Assembly (NCBI RefSeq): GCF_009914755.1
Contig: NC_060944.1
Length of the DNA stretch: 64,000 bases
Source of the DNA: the human T2T-CHM13v2.0 reference genome, Homo sapiens
Reading direction: 5' to 3' (one strand)
In this document: one piece after another, positions 30,630-46,849 of the stretch
Layout: each line of letters opens with the position of its first letter
Position numbering within the stretch: the first letter of the stretch is position 1
Made by a program: the position numbers and the translations under genes
Notes under the pieces: model-generated
Told to the model about the DNA's origin: nothing
The model's database searches: none
The model's input: only the letters and a program-made list of their open reading frames with translations

Positions 30630-31140
30630 CTTCCCAAAACTTAGAGGCTTAAAAAATAATTTATTAGTATCTCTCACAGCCTAGGAGTTGACCTGACTCA
30701 GCTAGGATGTCTCATTTAGGGTCTCTTATGCAGTTGCTTGGGCTAGAATCACTTGAAGCCTTTACTTCCAGTTGGATTTCTCCACTCATATCTGGTATCT
30801 CACCTAGAATGGCTGAAACAACTGAGAGCTAGCTGGGCATCTCCCCTTCACCTCACTTATGTTGTGCACACTCATGTGCATAGCCACCCTATGCGACTAA
30901 TCTGGCTTCCTCACAACATGGTGGTCTCAACACAGTCAGACTCCTTACATGGGCCAACTCTCCCTAGAGCAAGCACTCTCAGAGGCCCACAGAAGTTACA
31001 AAGTCTCTTATGACCTAGCTTCAGAAGTTACCTCTTTTGCATTCTATGGGTCAAAGTGAATCACAGGCCTAGGCCAAATTCAAAAAGAGTGGAAATAGGC
31101 TCCTCTCCATGGGAGGAATAGCAAAAATCGGTGGCCATCT
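30630..31140 (-). mobile_element. Old MLT1 (H/I-like) LTR
   Basis: cccaaaacttagaggcttaaa...ggcttcctcacaacatggtgg...tcttatgacctagcttcagaagt. Confidence 0.65.
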
Positions 31141-31596
31141 CTCTTCTTCTATAGATGCTGTGGGTCAGTGTGCCTCATAGAATCGTGGTGTACTTCACTG
31201 ACAGCAAGATATGCTTGGCCTCATGAAAACAAGCGAGGAGTCATTGCAAGTCCAACTCAAACATGTATAGTTTGAACAAGACTTGTGTAAGTCAAGGCCT
31301 CATTCTGATACTGCAACATTTTACAGTCCCTTTCAAGAACCTTACACTTGCTCTCTCTACTGCATCAAGGAATACTGCCTGATGGGCTAGAGAAGGACCA
31401 AGCCTACCAGTGAGACCGTCACCTCAGTTCAAAGCTATCTGCCTTAAGTACTTTCTTCTTGTGACATGTTGGGGAGTTCTAGATTCCCCTGTGACTTTCT
31501 TACAGTCCCCAAGCAAATCAGAGCTCTCTCACTCGGTAGCTTGGAAGCAAGACTACTCCTTGGCTCTCTCTTGTTTATCCAGAATCTATCGACTAT

Positions 31597-32058
31597 CAGA
31601 TGTCAGCAAACTCATTCTTTAAAGGACTTGATGGTAAATATCTTAGACTTTCAAGGCTTTGCTGTCTCTGTTACAGATACACAACCTGAGGTTTATAAAC
31701 TTTATAAAAACAGGCCACTGGGCCGGGTATGGTGGCTCACACCTGCAATCCCAACGTTCTTGGAGGCCAAGGAGGGCGGATCACTTTAGCCCAAGATTTC
31801 GAGAGACGCCTGAGCAACACGGCAAAACCCCATATCTATAAAAAAAATACAAAAAATTAGCTGGGCATGATGGTGCATGCCTGTAATCCCAGTTACTCGA
31901 GAGGCTGAGATGGGAAGATCGCTTGAGCTCAGCAGGTCGAGGCTGCCGTGAGCCATGATCGGGCCACTGCACTCCAGCCTGGGTGACAGAGTGAGACCTT
32001 GTCTCAAAAAAACAAAAGGCTACTGGCCAAGTCCCGTGGCCAGAGTTTGCTGGCCCTG
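31597..32058. mobile_element. MER58A-like MITE interrupted by an Alu
   Basis: gtcagcaaact...ggtaaatatcttagactt ... agtttgctggccctg. Confidence 0.6.
31721..32017 (+). mobile_element. Alu (AluJ-like)
   Basis: Dimer; TSD aggc(c/t)actgg. Confidence 0.93.
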
Positions 32059-32201
32059 GATTAGATGCTTGTCTCAAGGTCTCAGGGATAAGTATTCTCT
32101 CTTTCCACTACGGGAAATGTGAAGACAAAATATCCTAAGATGAGAGAAACTTCAGCTTTTACTCGGTGGTTCTGTTCAAAAGATAAAAATAATAGAACCT
32201 A

Positions 32202-32550
<349 letters not shown>

Positions 32551-32762
32551 CTAGCCAAGGAAAATGTCATTCAAAATCTCCCACACCTTAAACTGGAAGC
32601 CAGAAAAAAAAACTCTTCAAATTTGTACTGAATTTGTACTTTAAAGCCCCAACAGGTTTTCCCCCTGTTTCAGTGTGTCTCTGAATATTCATAACAAATT
32701 TAAAACCCTGTGTAGTGTTTTTCACATGACAGGAGTTCAATGGCTTCATCTGAAAATTAAAT

Positions 32763-33083
32763 CAGTGTTTTCCAAAATGGGAAACATACATCTCTGGTAA
32801 TAAATGAAATTTGAGGTAGGATAGCTAATGAATACTTTTTGTTTGAATTGTCTATTTATTGATCACAAAACTTATTGTAATATGTCTTTAAAAAAAAACT
32901 GCCACATGGAACCTGTTACCTTACAGATGTTGCTTAGGACAAGGGAAAGAAGATATTTACATTTTTTAAAAGTCAGTTGATGTAAATAAAACCACTAAAG
33001 AAAAATAATATGAGAGATGATATGAGGATGTAGAAAAAATTTGTGAGAACAGTAAACAAATTATTCTTTCTCGGGAAACACTG
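32763..33083. mobile_element. MER113-like hAT-Charlie MITE
   Basis: TIRs cagtgttttcc / gggaaacactg; internal ttgcttaggacaagg. Confidence 0.55.
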
Positions 33084-33239
33084 GAATAAATGTTTCCTAT
33101 CCCATCCTGGCTGTTCAAACACTGGCCTAACCACTTGGTTAGCACAGGTACCGTGTGGGATTTTTTTGTTTATTTTTTATTTTATGTTCTTCATCTCTCT
33201 CACCTAGCACAGTGCTTGCTACATAAAAGGCCCACAGTA

Positions 33240-33547
33240 AGCCAGGCATGGTGGCACATGCCTGTAATCCTGGCACTTTGGGAGGCCGAGGTGGGTGAAT
33301 GGCTTGAGCCCAAGAGTTTGAGACAAGCCTCAGCAACAGGGCGAAACCCCGTCTCTATAAAAAATACAAAAATGAGCCAGCCGTGGTGTCACGCGCCTGT
33401 AGTCCTAGCTACTCAGCAGGCTGAGGTGGGAGGATCACCTGAGCCCGGGAGGTAAAAGCTGAAATGAGCCGTGATTGTGCCACTGCATTCCAGCCTGGGT
33501 GACAGAGTGAAACCCTGTCTCAAAAAATAAATAAGTAAATAAATAAA
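33240..33547 (+). mobile_element. Alu (AluJ-like) within an L2 tail
   Basis: Dimer; TSD aaaggc(c/t)caca(g/a)ta. Confidence 0.95.
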
Positions 33548-34279
33548 GGCTCACAATAAATGTAGAATGAGTGGATAAATTAATTAAGTTGTCACTCAGA
33601 TTATTAGGTTAATTTGAGTCACGGAAAATAACCTGACACTAACTCAAGGATCTAGTATTTCAGATGTTCTTAAGAACAGTCTGAAGTTTGCAGAGCGGAA
33701 GAGATGAGCTTGTTTAAAATCAGTGAATTAGAAGTGGACAGTCTCTTGGGATGTCTTTGCCAAGCGAAGCCCAATGGTGCCATAAATCAGGATGTCTAAT
33801 TGAAGCAATGTTTTAGGAATTAAACAGCAATTAAATCAAATGGGAAAGTTTCTAAGGGACACCTTTGACACCATGGGGAGAAAAGTCAAAACAACCCCAA
33901 GAGTCTATGGGAAAAAAAAATGGCTTTCTTCCAAAGGGCTTGCTGGTTATAATTATCAAACATATCTGTGATTAAAACCCTCTTTCTTCCAAAGACTTTA
34001 TGATCTTACCATAGATTTCCCTCCTGTAACATCGTGAGCCAAAGCAGAAAAATCACCGAAGCATCACAAATGCAGGAAACCATGGAAAAAAGACTTGGAA
34101 AGGAAATGTGTAGCAAAAACTTTCATCCTGCCAAAAACTAGTTTTGTGAAACCGGTTCTCAAAATAGATGGTATAACCTGTATCTGTTTACCCAGCGAAA
34201 GTAATTTAAGGCATTTCAGCCTCAATGTCACCAACTTCAAGAGAAGCCTAACTTGAGCTTGAAGGTTGATGGTTGGAGA

Positions 34280-34306
34280 GTGTGTGTGTGTGTGTGTGTG
34301 TGTGTG
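34280..34306. repeat. (TG)n microsatellite
   Basis: About 13 GT units. Confidence 0.95.
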
Positions 34307-34362
34307 CACACGCATGTGTGTTATAAAAGGTTTATTTAAAACTGTGGTAAATTCTTTCATAA

Positions 34363-34662
34363 CAGTGTTTCCAAAAATATGGGACTCCTACCTGCAATAG
34401 AGGTGATTTTAGGTAAAATGTGAACAAAAAACAAAGGCTTTCTTATTTTAGCAGTTACAGAGTCTTATATAAAGCAAAATAAAAATATACTCAATACATC
34501 CATGATAGTATGAATTATTGCTTAGAATGAGGTGAAGTTTTTAAAGTATGTTAATTTCTCTAAAAAGAATATTAAGGAAATAATTGAACATAGGAGTAAC
34601 TCTCAAACATGGCAAAATTTGTAAAAGTTGCTTCCCAAATGGCTGAGGATTGTGAAACACTG
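34363..34662. mobile_element. MER113-like hAT-Charlie MITE
   Basis: TIRs cagtgtttc / gaaacactg; internal ttattgcttagaatgagg and atggcaaaatttgt. Confidence 0.55.
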
Positions 34663-35129
34663 TTCTATAGCACAGCTAGGACTCTTTCTAACACACAATG
34701 CAAAAAGGAGGAGCTTGCATCCTTCATTTAATAAAATCCAACAAAGACAGTAAAAAGAATAATGGGGCAGAAGGTAGGGATGAAGAATTCACTTTTCAAG
34801 TTCAGATTATCCCAGCTGATTATCCAAGTGATCACTTTGATGATGAGATTCTGGAAAAATAAACTTCACTGCCAATACTTCACCTTACAAGCAGGTGAAC
34901 ACTCTTCTGCATATTTAGGAAATATTTATTTTGTGAGGGTTCAAGAGAATGGCAATTGTGTACATCTCATTTTTAAAATAATAACTATTATCATTATATT
35001 ATCGCTAGCATTCATTTCATTAGAGAATCCTCTCTATCCCAAAAAACTAGAAACCACGTATAAGAAAATAGATACTATAGTAATGACTATGCTGGTCTCA
35101 TCAATTCAGACTGTATTGTGAGTCCATCC

Positions 35130-35350
35130 TATGCAGAATCCTGCGTTTGTGATTCTAATTCAGGATCCAGCATTTTGTAGCTCTGTGATTTTGTGTGACT
35201 CACTCATCCACGAAATCTTGGTTGTAACATCTGTAAAACAGGGATGATGATTCCCACCTCAGATTGATAATTAAATAAGAGAATGTATAAAATATGTACA
35301 AAACACCAATCATGAAGTTAGTCCACAGCACATGTTAATTACTGCTAGTT
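35130..35350 (+). mobile_element. MIR
   Basis: catctgtaaaacagggatgatgattcccacctca. Confidence 0.6.
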
Positions 35351-36929
35351 TTCTAGGCCTCTCCACTTTCTTTTCACCCCCATCACTCACTTTAGCAGTT
35401 CTACTGTACATCAGGTCTACTGTACATCATCCACAAAGACCTCACATACGAAAGGTAGAAAATGAACCCATTTGCTTGCCAGTAAATGTCTACCACTGCC
35501 TCTAATATCATTTGCTGGAATCCAACTTGTATTTGCATCCTGAATCATTCATGCCTTCATTCAACGAAAATAAATGGACTGCCTCCTCATGCCATGCACC
35601 ATGCTTGCTCCCTGGTAAGGAAACAAGCAATTAAATGCATATGTCAGGTACAATTTTCACACAGCACAAGCTCCAGTGTGTGAAAAATATAACTGGCTTC
35701 ATTTTTATCCTATAAATTAATTTCTTTCTTGGAGCCCTCATTATATCTAAAGTGAAGAAAATACCTCAGTTACTGCAGGGTCTCTTTGGTAAATTCAGGG
35801 ATTTCCCACTTGCCTTCACTTGGATTGCTTTTATGACTTAGGTGACTCAGGTAGGGATGAGTCAAGGGAGAAATTGGCGATTTGTCTGGTCCTCAGTGTT
35901 CATTTCCTCCCCATGACTTTTGGTGTCTGTGTATGGTCCCTACTGGCAGGTAGTAGGGACTGCTCTTCCTACACTGCATCCACAGAGATGTCCCCATTCC
36001 CAAATCCACAGGGTTACCTGCTGTCCCATGTCTCTGTCCCTTTGTGGGCATTGCTTTCTCTGCCAGCTCTTTCTTCTCTGTTGAGCTCTGTACCTTTTTT
36101 GGGGACAAGGAAAATGTTGGCTGTTGCAAAAAGCTATTCTAAACCTATGAAAATGGAGACAGGCTGGCTCACACCCTCCTTGCAGGTGGAGCTCTGAGGG
36201 CTTCCCAGTGCTGCAAGCATGGGTCTCCTTTGCCCCTCAAACTTACCTGCGGAATCTTTCCATGCCCTCCCTAGGTCTAGCCCCACCTAGGGGTAGGAGG
36301 TCAAACTTCAAAGTTCTTTCCAGAGATTTATCCCAGTATCTTACTCTCTTGTGCTCCTAAGAGGCTCTTTTTCCTCCCCAAATCCCGACATTCCTTCCCT
36401 GCTGGTGCTGGGGTCAGGGCTAAGTAAGGTTACAGGCTGGCTCAGGAAATGTTCCTCCGAATCTGTTGTGATTTGGCCATGCCCTTGGCCTTTGACTCTC
36501 CAAAACCCAAAGTTCCGTTCCTCTGCCCTCAGGTTCAGGCTCCTCCGTGACTATCTCCCGTCCAAACAAGGAACGGTCCCAGTGGTTAAAAGAACTGGAG
36601 AAGGGGGAAGAAATCAATGAAGCTGTCCCAAGATTATCCCACCATATGAGCCAATGCAACACAGAGTGAAAACAGGGACCCAAAGAGAGCACAGAGCAGC
36701 TGCAATGGGAGGTCAGACAAGAAATAGAAGCTTCGGGATAATGACATTCAAATTGCTCTTCACGAGCCCTGGTGGCCTTTCTCAGGCACTCCATGGCTCC
36801 CCCCGGGCCACAGTTTCCTGTCTGGATTATATCACTCAGCACTGCAGGAGACCAGGATCATATAGTTCTGAAGATGAATTAATAGTAACTGCTGCACATG
36901 TGACTGCAAAACTGCAGACTTTCATGACC

Positions 36930-37120
36930 AAAGAGACAACCTGGTGTGTGGGGAAGGACAGAGTCCTGTGGCTTGGGTTTGAGACAGGACTTCTCTAGCT
37001 CTCAGTTCTATGACCTTGGCCAAGTCACTGCTCCTCTCTGCGTGTTTCCTTATCTGCAAAATGGGATACCGATCCCTCTTTTACAGGGCTTTTGTGAGAC
37101 TATCTGTGAAACTACTTTCT
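36930..37120 (+). mobile_element. MIR (continues after the Alu)
   Basis: tgaccttggccaagtcact...gtttccttatctgcaaaatggg. Confidence 0.7.
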
Positions 37121-37442
<322 letters not shown>

Positions 37443-37619
37443 CTACCAGAAAGACTACACAAATATTAGGTATCATTTTTATTGGTAGTCTGTCATTAGC
37501 CTGAATATATAGCCCTAATCTTGAGATGTACCCTAGAAGTTCTTACAAATACCCTAGAAGTTCCATAGGGGTGGATAAATCCATGACTTTTATTTTGTAA
37601 CTATTTAATTGTTATTAAG

Positions 37620-37932
<313 letters not shown>

Positions 37933-38679
37933 TTATTACAAAAAAAAGCCCGGTTTCCATTTCCTCATAAACGCTCCATCTATTTAAGCTTGCTAATTAT
38001 TTCAATCCTGGAAAATTACCAGGATAAATGATTAACTGTTCCCTTAATATGATTTCAGGAAGTAACCAAAAAGCTAGGCTTCCCAAAGTAAGCCAGATCC
38101 TACTTTGGCAGTTTAACTTGTTCCCAAACCCTCTTCCGGATGACATGTGAGTTCCACCTGGGGCTCTGCATTTCACCTTTTTGCTATTTTCGAAACCCGA
38201 AGACATCAGAATGGTGCCCAGGGAAGGCCCCCAGAGACAAAAATGCAAGACCGGGGCCAAGGGGAGGTGTGAGAGCCGACCAGATTTCCCAGGAGCTGGG
38301 AGAGGCAGAGATTTCTTCCAGAAACAGGGAAATTTATGTGGGGAGCACACAGTTGGGAGCCGTGAGCCAGTTCTTGCTTACAAATAGCAGGAAGAAACTA
38401 GACGGGGAAGAAAGGAAGACATTCATTACTGAAGGCGAGGGATTTGACTGGGCCTGGAAACTCCAAAACTGCAGCCCCAAATTGCTTCATGAACGAAGCC
38501 ATTCACTTTTAGCCACACGCAGACCCGTTTATTTAGATCAAATTAAGATTCGAATACAGCAATCTTAATCATTTAATTGTTTGGTGGGGAGAGCATCATA
38601 TAGTCTGTATCTTCTTTGTTTATGGCTTCACCTTGACGAGCTGTGTCTGTGACTCATGCATTGGGTTTGCCATCCACTG

Positions 38680-38790
38680 TCCTGACGTCTAGTCCCTGCC
38701 TGACCACTTCCCAGCTGTGTGACTTCAGCAAGGGGCTTGACCTCTCTGGGCCTGTGTTCAATTTTATAAAGTGATTGTGAGGCCTGCTTC
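38680..38790 (+). mobile_element. MIR fragment
   Basis: ccacttcccagctgtgtgacttcagcaag...acctctctgggcct. Confidence 0.55.
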
Positions 38791-38982
38791 ACAATCACAA
38801 TTAAAACTTGAAGTTGTAAGTAAAAATGCCCCCTGACCAAAAATGAGATAAAGCAATAATGATCCAGGTGGTACCTGCATTACTTAGTATCCTCAGTGGT
38901 TTTTTTAGACATCAATGGAGGATATGTCTAAGTCTACAATTAAATGACATTGTACTTTCTCATTTTAAAACATAAAGGAGTC

Positions 38983-39295
<313 letters not shown>

Positions 39296-39849
39296 TAAAA
39301 CATAAAGGAGTCAACCCAGATCTAGATATATGGGGAAAGCATGCCATGTATAGTAGGAATAATATAAAAACAGGAGGCGGAAAAGAGTTAAGCCTTTCTT
39401 AAAAGGGATTTTTTTTTCTCTTTGGAATGTCATATTATTGACTTATGATATTTCAGTTTCTCAGAATTGGAAAATAAAGGAAAACTCAGAAGTGAGTACT
39501 GCACAGACACTGGCTAAGTATATATTTGCACCCCCACAGAAAGAAAAAGGCTAATGGAGATACTGGGGCGCCCCAAAGGATCACTCACGCCTCCCTCGGT
39601 GTAGGAAACGCAGATCACAGCCATCAGATGGTGAAAGGACAACTCTCCATACTTAGCAGTCATGGGAAGAATGGGAATACCATTCTCGGTCGTGGGGCGT
39701 GACAGCCTTCCTCATAATTCTTCCTTAAGAATCTTTATCTTATCCTCTGTCGCCCTGGAGATGTTTTTAAGGTCGCTGTTAGGGCTCCAGTTTTAACCCA
39801 GGGTTCCCAAGCCAAGCTCTACCCCGTTAGGCAGTACTTGGTCCACGGG

Positions 39850-40060
39850 GAGCTTCATTCATTCATTCCATCAATTTGATTTAACTCCTTCTGAGCCAGG
39901 GACCAGGGATAACAACGAGGAACAAAGCCCAGGCCCTGCCTAAGGCAAGAAGGAGCCTGGAACTTTCGAGAATCTGAAAAGAAAGCTGGAGAGGCTGGAA
40001 TCTAGTGAGCAAAGCAGGAGAGTGGCCCAGACAAGCCTGGAGAGAAAAGTAGAGACCAGA
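39850..40060 (-). mobile_element. L2 fragments
   Basis: ttcattcattcattcc start; gaggctggaatctagtgagc. Confidence 0.5.
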
Positions 40061-41772
40061 TCACTCCGGACACAAAGATGATGTCCCACCTGCCACACCG
40101 GACGAGGGTGTTAGACCCATAGTCTCAACCGCACCTTCATTTTTAAGACAGCATTCCAATTGGCTATTCCCCCTGCCTCCAAATGAGCCTGGCTCCTCCA
40201 CTGGAGAAGGCCAGGCCCTGGGTCTCACACAGTATTTAGACAGAACTCACCCCTCACCTCTTAGCGTGGCCTGAGAGCCTCAGCTGCAATGGCAAGGCTC
40301 TGTATTTATATAACAAGCCCTGCTCAAGTATTTTTAGGCCTACTGTTTAGAAACACACAGAGGGGGCAAGAAAGAGAATAAATATGGAAATCAAATGTAA
40401 AAACTTCTGGCTCTTGCAACCGGCTTCCTGGGGGAATATTCCTCTGTGTTCTTTCCACTTCTTCTACTCAGCGGAATGACTGCTAGTCATTAAGGAAATC
40501 TGTGAGGAGCTCACGGTACAGGAATTGTACACCAATGCTCCCATCCTCATTTGCATATCCCATTTTTTGATTGGCAGCTGTACATGAAATGCCATATCAG
40601 TTGAAAGTATGTTGTGAGCTGGCACTAATGATCCTATGGCTCCAGGGAAGCCTGCCATATTGTAATTTGGCTATCAGGCATGAAAGAAATAATTCTAAGT
40701 GCCAGGAATGCAAGACTGAATAAATGTTTCACTGCTGCAGGTTGTCAAGGGCGACACTTCTGATTTAGTATAAACGAATGCCCCGTTGCCTTTGGGGTAC
40801 CGGGAGTTTGCATTGTATCTGAGCTGTGTGTATAAAACATTAGTCTAAGAAAATGGCTTCGGTGTAAGATGGGAAACAGAGGCCTGCTCCCAGAAGGCGG
40901 CGGAATGTTTACAACTAATCACTGGATGAAAGGATTTTGCTACCTTCTATAATGACAGGCAAACAGGATTTGCTTTTCCTGAGATGGAGAATAATGGTTA
41001 TGTTAACTCTGCCTCGCCTAGCCTTTTTTTTTTTTTAAATGAAATGCTCTTTTGTAAAGAAAATCACATCTGTTTCCTTTTATATATGAAAGGGATATAA
41101 ATTCTTTTTCTTTCCCTCCCTCTGTGTGAATAGCCCGTGGTGTACCTTGGAATTAACCCTTTCTGATGTCCTCGGGTTTCAGAGGTCTGGAAACATGACC
41201 ACCACTTCCTTCTCCCTGGCTCCTGACTTCACACACCTGCCTAGACAGAGAGCGTCTTTAGAAGTGGACAGCGATCGTTTTCACTTGAATTTTCACTAAG
41301 ATCCCAAAGCCAATTCCCGGCATACCGAGCTCCACGGGATCTCACTTTCCACTAACAAACTTCCCGAGCGTTCACTGTATGCAATGTAGAAAACAGTGGT
41401 CTAAAAAGCAGTGCCTCCCTAGAAGAAATGCCACTGGAAGTTTCTTCCTAGCTGTGGCCTCTGTTGACCATCTGGGACCTGGCTTCAGGATCATCTTAAG
41501 ATCTGTTTTATTTTCCCTTGATTCTGTGTGGGGATATTCTTTGAAGATGGTTTCCACCATGTACTTCCTTGCTTGGATGTCACTAAAGTAAAGGCTCGGG
41601 TACCTGTTTAGACATGACAGAACAGCAGTCACAGGAAAAGACCATTTTTCCATTTGTTCTCTAGGCAAAGGCCAGCTGGGGTAAATCAAGACTGGGCTGG
41701 GGAGCACCTGGACCTCTTTTGCTCTCAAGTCTTGATTTGGGAAGAAACCAACCTGACACTTGGACTCCCCTC

Positions 41773-41853
41773 TTGAAGTGAAACTTCATTATTGCCTCTC
41801 GCCTACAGTTGAAGTGAAACTGCATTGTTGCCTCTCGCCTGCAGTTGAGGTGA
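41773..41853. repeat. 36-bp tandem duplication (about 2.25 copies)
   Basis: ttgaagtgaaacttcattattgcctctcgcctacag / ttgaagtgaaactgcattgttgcctctcgcctgcag / ttgaggtga. Confidence 0.9.
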
Positions 41854-41898
41854 CTCTCAGGTGGGCTTGGCAAGAATGGGAGTGAAAATGATAACTTA

Positions 41899-42216
<318 letters not shown>

Positions 42217-42719
42217 CTAAGTGTATGGTCAGATGGTCAGATTTACTCATCCCTATCAAACTGACGCAGGAGATTCCCATCATAGCAATCCCTTCAGCCA
42301 TTCCACTGTTGTAGATTGTGTCATAGGGTTGTAATACAATACACAGATCCCATAAGAGACAGCATCTTACAATGTTTCTCTTCAGTAGGTGAAGAATTTT
42401 TAAATTGTAGGTGGAGGACACTGAAGATACTGTTCATTCAAACTCACATTTCTTGCTCCTTCACTTAAATGACACACAAATTATTGGGTATTCGCTCTGT
42501 GGTGGGCTTTGGGGGTATAAAAATAAATGAGGCAGGTCCTCTGCCCTCGAGTAAGTCATAGTTAACAGGAAATGCGCATCAAAACATAAAAGCAACCACA
42601 TCTACTGTGATGATACAACACTGAAGGTGGGTGAAACCCACAGTCGAGAGCCTGACAGTCACAGTCGCAGGAGAAAATGCCAGTTGAACATACTCACCTC
42701 TTTAACTTTCTTCTTCTAC

Positions 42720-43123
<404 letters not shown>

Positions 43124-43836
43124 TAGTTTAATTCTCTTCCAGTGGATGATTATTCATTGATATTAAGATTACAGAGGTTCAATATTAAGAGAAAATGAAG
43201 TAAACCTTGCAGGCAAGCAGGAACATACTGGAATGTGTGACCTTTTCCTCATCAGTTATGGGAGATTTTCCAAAAGTATGAATGTCTGAAAACCCAAACA
43301 TCTACAGATAGGGTCCCCTCCTAGTGTTCCTTTCTTCCAGGTAATCCAAAACTTCTCAGAACATCAGCACTCGTAAAAATGACCAAACAGAGTTAACTCT
43401 GCAATATCATTCATACCACATTCAAGGGGAATTTCAGAGATTTTCTAAGTGTAACTGGGTTATGTGTAGTTTTCACTTAAGCCCGGACTCGAAGCTCAAC
43501 TCCTACACGATTGTGTCTCTATTGCTTGTTGAAAGGGTGATATATGTTCAGAGGAAATTGTGTCTAAGTCCACATTAGGCCTGAAAGCGGGATGGTCATG
43601 GAAGACTTCATTGAGGTGGTGATTTTCCAGAATGCATGAATTAGGAGAGGAAATTCCAGGCAGAGTGGCCAAGACTAGCAAATGCTAGGAGGAGGTGACA
43701 GAGTATGGCTGGCTTTGGGTTGAAAGACTAGAAGAAAAGTAGTGGCAGAGGTGAAGTTACAACAGTAGGCAGGTGGCCATGCTCTGCTGGTTGATGTTAT
43801 TGTGTTGCCTACCCGCTTGCTTTGAGATCTCCAGAC

Positions 43837-44051
43837 CTGTGGTTTTCAACAGGGAGATGACTTGGCCCCCAGGGGACATTTGGCAATGTCTAGAGACATG
43901 TTGGTTGTCACAGTTAAGGAAGGGGTGCTACTGGCATCTAGTGAGTAGAGGCCAGGAAAGCTGCTAAATATCTTACAATGCCTGGGACTATCCCCGACAA
44001 CAAAGAATTGTCCGGCCTGAAATGTCAATAGCGCTGAGGTTGAAAAAGCCT
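43837..44051 (+). mobile_element. MER20
   Basis: gtggttttcaac...cccccaggggacatttggcaatgtctagagac...aatgtcaatagcgctgaggttgaaaa. Confidence 0.88.
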
Positions 44052-44712
44052 TTTCGTCTAGACCATGGCCACTTATTTTCATGCTGTTCTGGTGTCATGG
44101 AGGCAAATGCAAAGCAAGTTTAAACTTTGTGTGTTGGAATAAGGATGTCTCAGGACAAATATTTATTTGGAATCCCTGTTCCTTTTGAGCCAGGGAATAG
44201 GGTGGGGAGGCAGCAGAGAGAGCGACTTTAGGGAGAAATATTAACCTTGCAAATGTGCGCATTTTCAATTCACATCCTAGTGACAGGCTACAACTTGTAA
44301 TCAGTATAAAATGATTTTCCGGGAGAGTAAATGCTTATTTTCACTGTCTTGATGTTGGCACTGGATTACTTGGTATTAATCCCAGGGTGACAGAGTCACA
44401 TTTGGAAGCCGTGAGATTTATTTGGATGTCTCGCAGGGCCAGGGGCAGCCTTCATTTTACATCCTTGATCTTGGATAATTTAAATAATAGAGCTGCTTTT
44501 CTGTATACACTAGTGGTGTGAAAAGGAAGTTATCCACCTAGGACATATTCCAAGAGCCACAGAAAGCCAGGGAAGGAAGAAGAGAGGATAAGAATGTCTC
44601 CATATTTATTGTTATCTCCATGCTTAGCAGCAGCAACTATTATTACAACAAACAATGAACACTTATTAAACACCGACTGTGTGCCTTCTTCCCTGGCACA
44701 AGAGAGCAAGAA

Positions 44713-45026
44713 AGTCTTTGCTATTGTGAGCAGTGCTCCAATAAACATACATGTACATGTGTCTTTATAGTAGAATGATTTGTAATCCTTTGGGATTATA
44801 ATGGACCCAGTAATGGGATTGCTGGGTCAAATGGTATTTCTGGTTCTAGATCCTTGAGGAATCGCCACACTGTCTTCAACAATCGTTGAACTAATTTACA
44901 CTCCCACCAACAGTGTGAAAGCATTCCTATTTCTCCACATCCTCTCCAGCATCTGTTGTTTCTTGACTTTTTAATGATCGACATTCTAACTGGCATGAGA
45001 TAGTATCTCATTGTGGTTTTGATTTG
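44713..45026 (-). mobile_element. Internal L1PA ORF2 fragment, no tail
   Basis: ORF 44796-45011 [29 protein letters not shown]...[10 protein letters not shown]. Confidence 0.9.
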
Positions 45027-45787
<761 letters not shown>

Positions 45788-45802
45788 TAAGCAATGATAT
45801 TA

Positions 45803-46118
<316 letters not shown>

Positions 46119-46327
46119 AATTAGTAATTTTACATCTCTGAATCTAGTCCTAAGAATATCTTTGGCTTTGCACATACAAATTTTTGCACAAATATGTTCA
46201 CTGTGGTAATACTTAGAATAATAAAGACATGGAGGTAATTTTATTGGTCAATGATAGGGCATCAGAGAAATCTTGCTCTGTGATGGAGCAATGAAATATT
46301 GGGCAGTCTTAGAAAGTGATCATTCTA

Positions 46328-46642
<315 letters not shown>

Positions 46643-46849
46643 TCATGGTGTACTTAAGATGTAATATTAAGTCAGGAAAAGTGAGATAGAAATTGTGCCA
46701 ACAGTTTTGTAGCAATTAAGTATAAATCCACATTGCATGGAAAAAGAGTAGGAGGAAATATACCAAATTGTTAAGGATGGTGAGGCTATGGGGTGACTTT
46801 TCTTAAATTTAATTCCAACATGGATTCTTTTTAGCATTGTATTCATTCT

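Noticed and set aside
37529-37563. 14-bp direct repeat taccctagaagttc with a 7-bp spacer (similar micro-duplications near 32619, 35400 and 48636)
   Set aside because: Ordinary slippage or repair duplications; no further structure.
38140-38568. 142-aa ORF
   Set aside because: No recognisable homology or exon structure.
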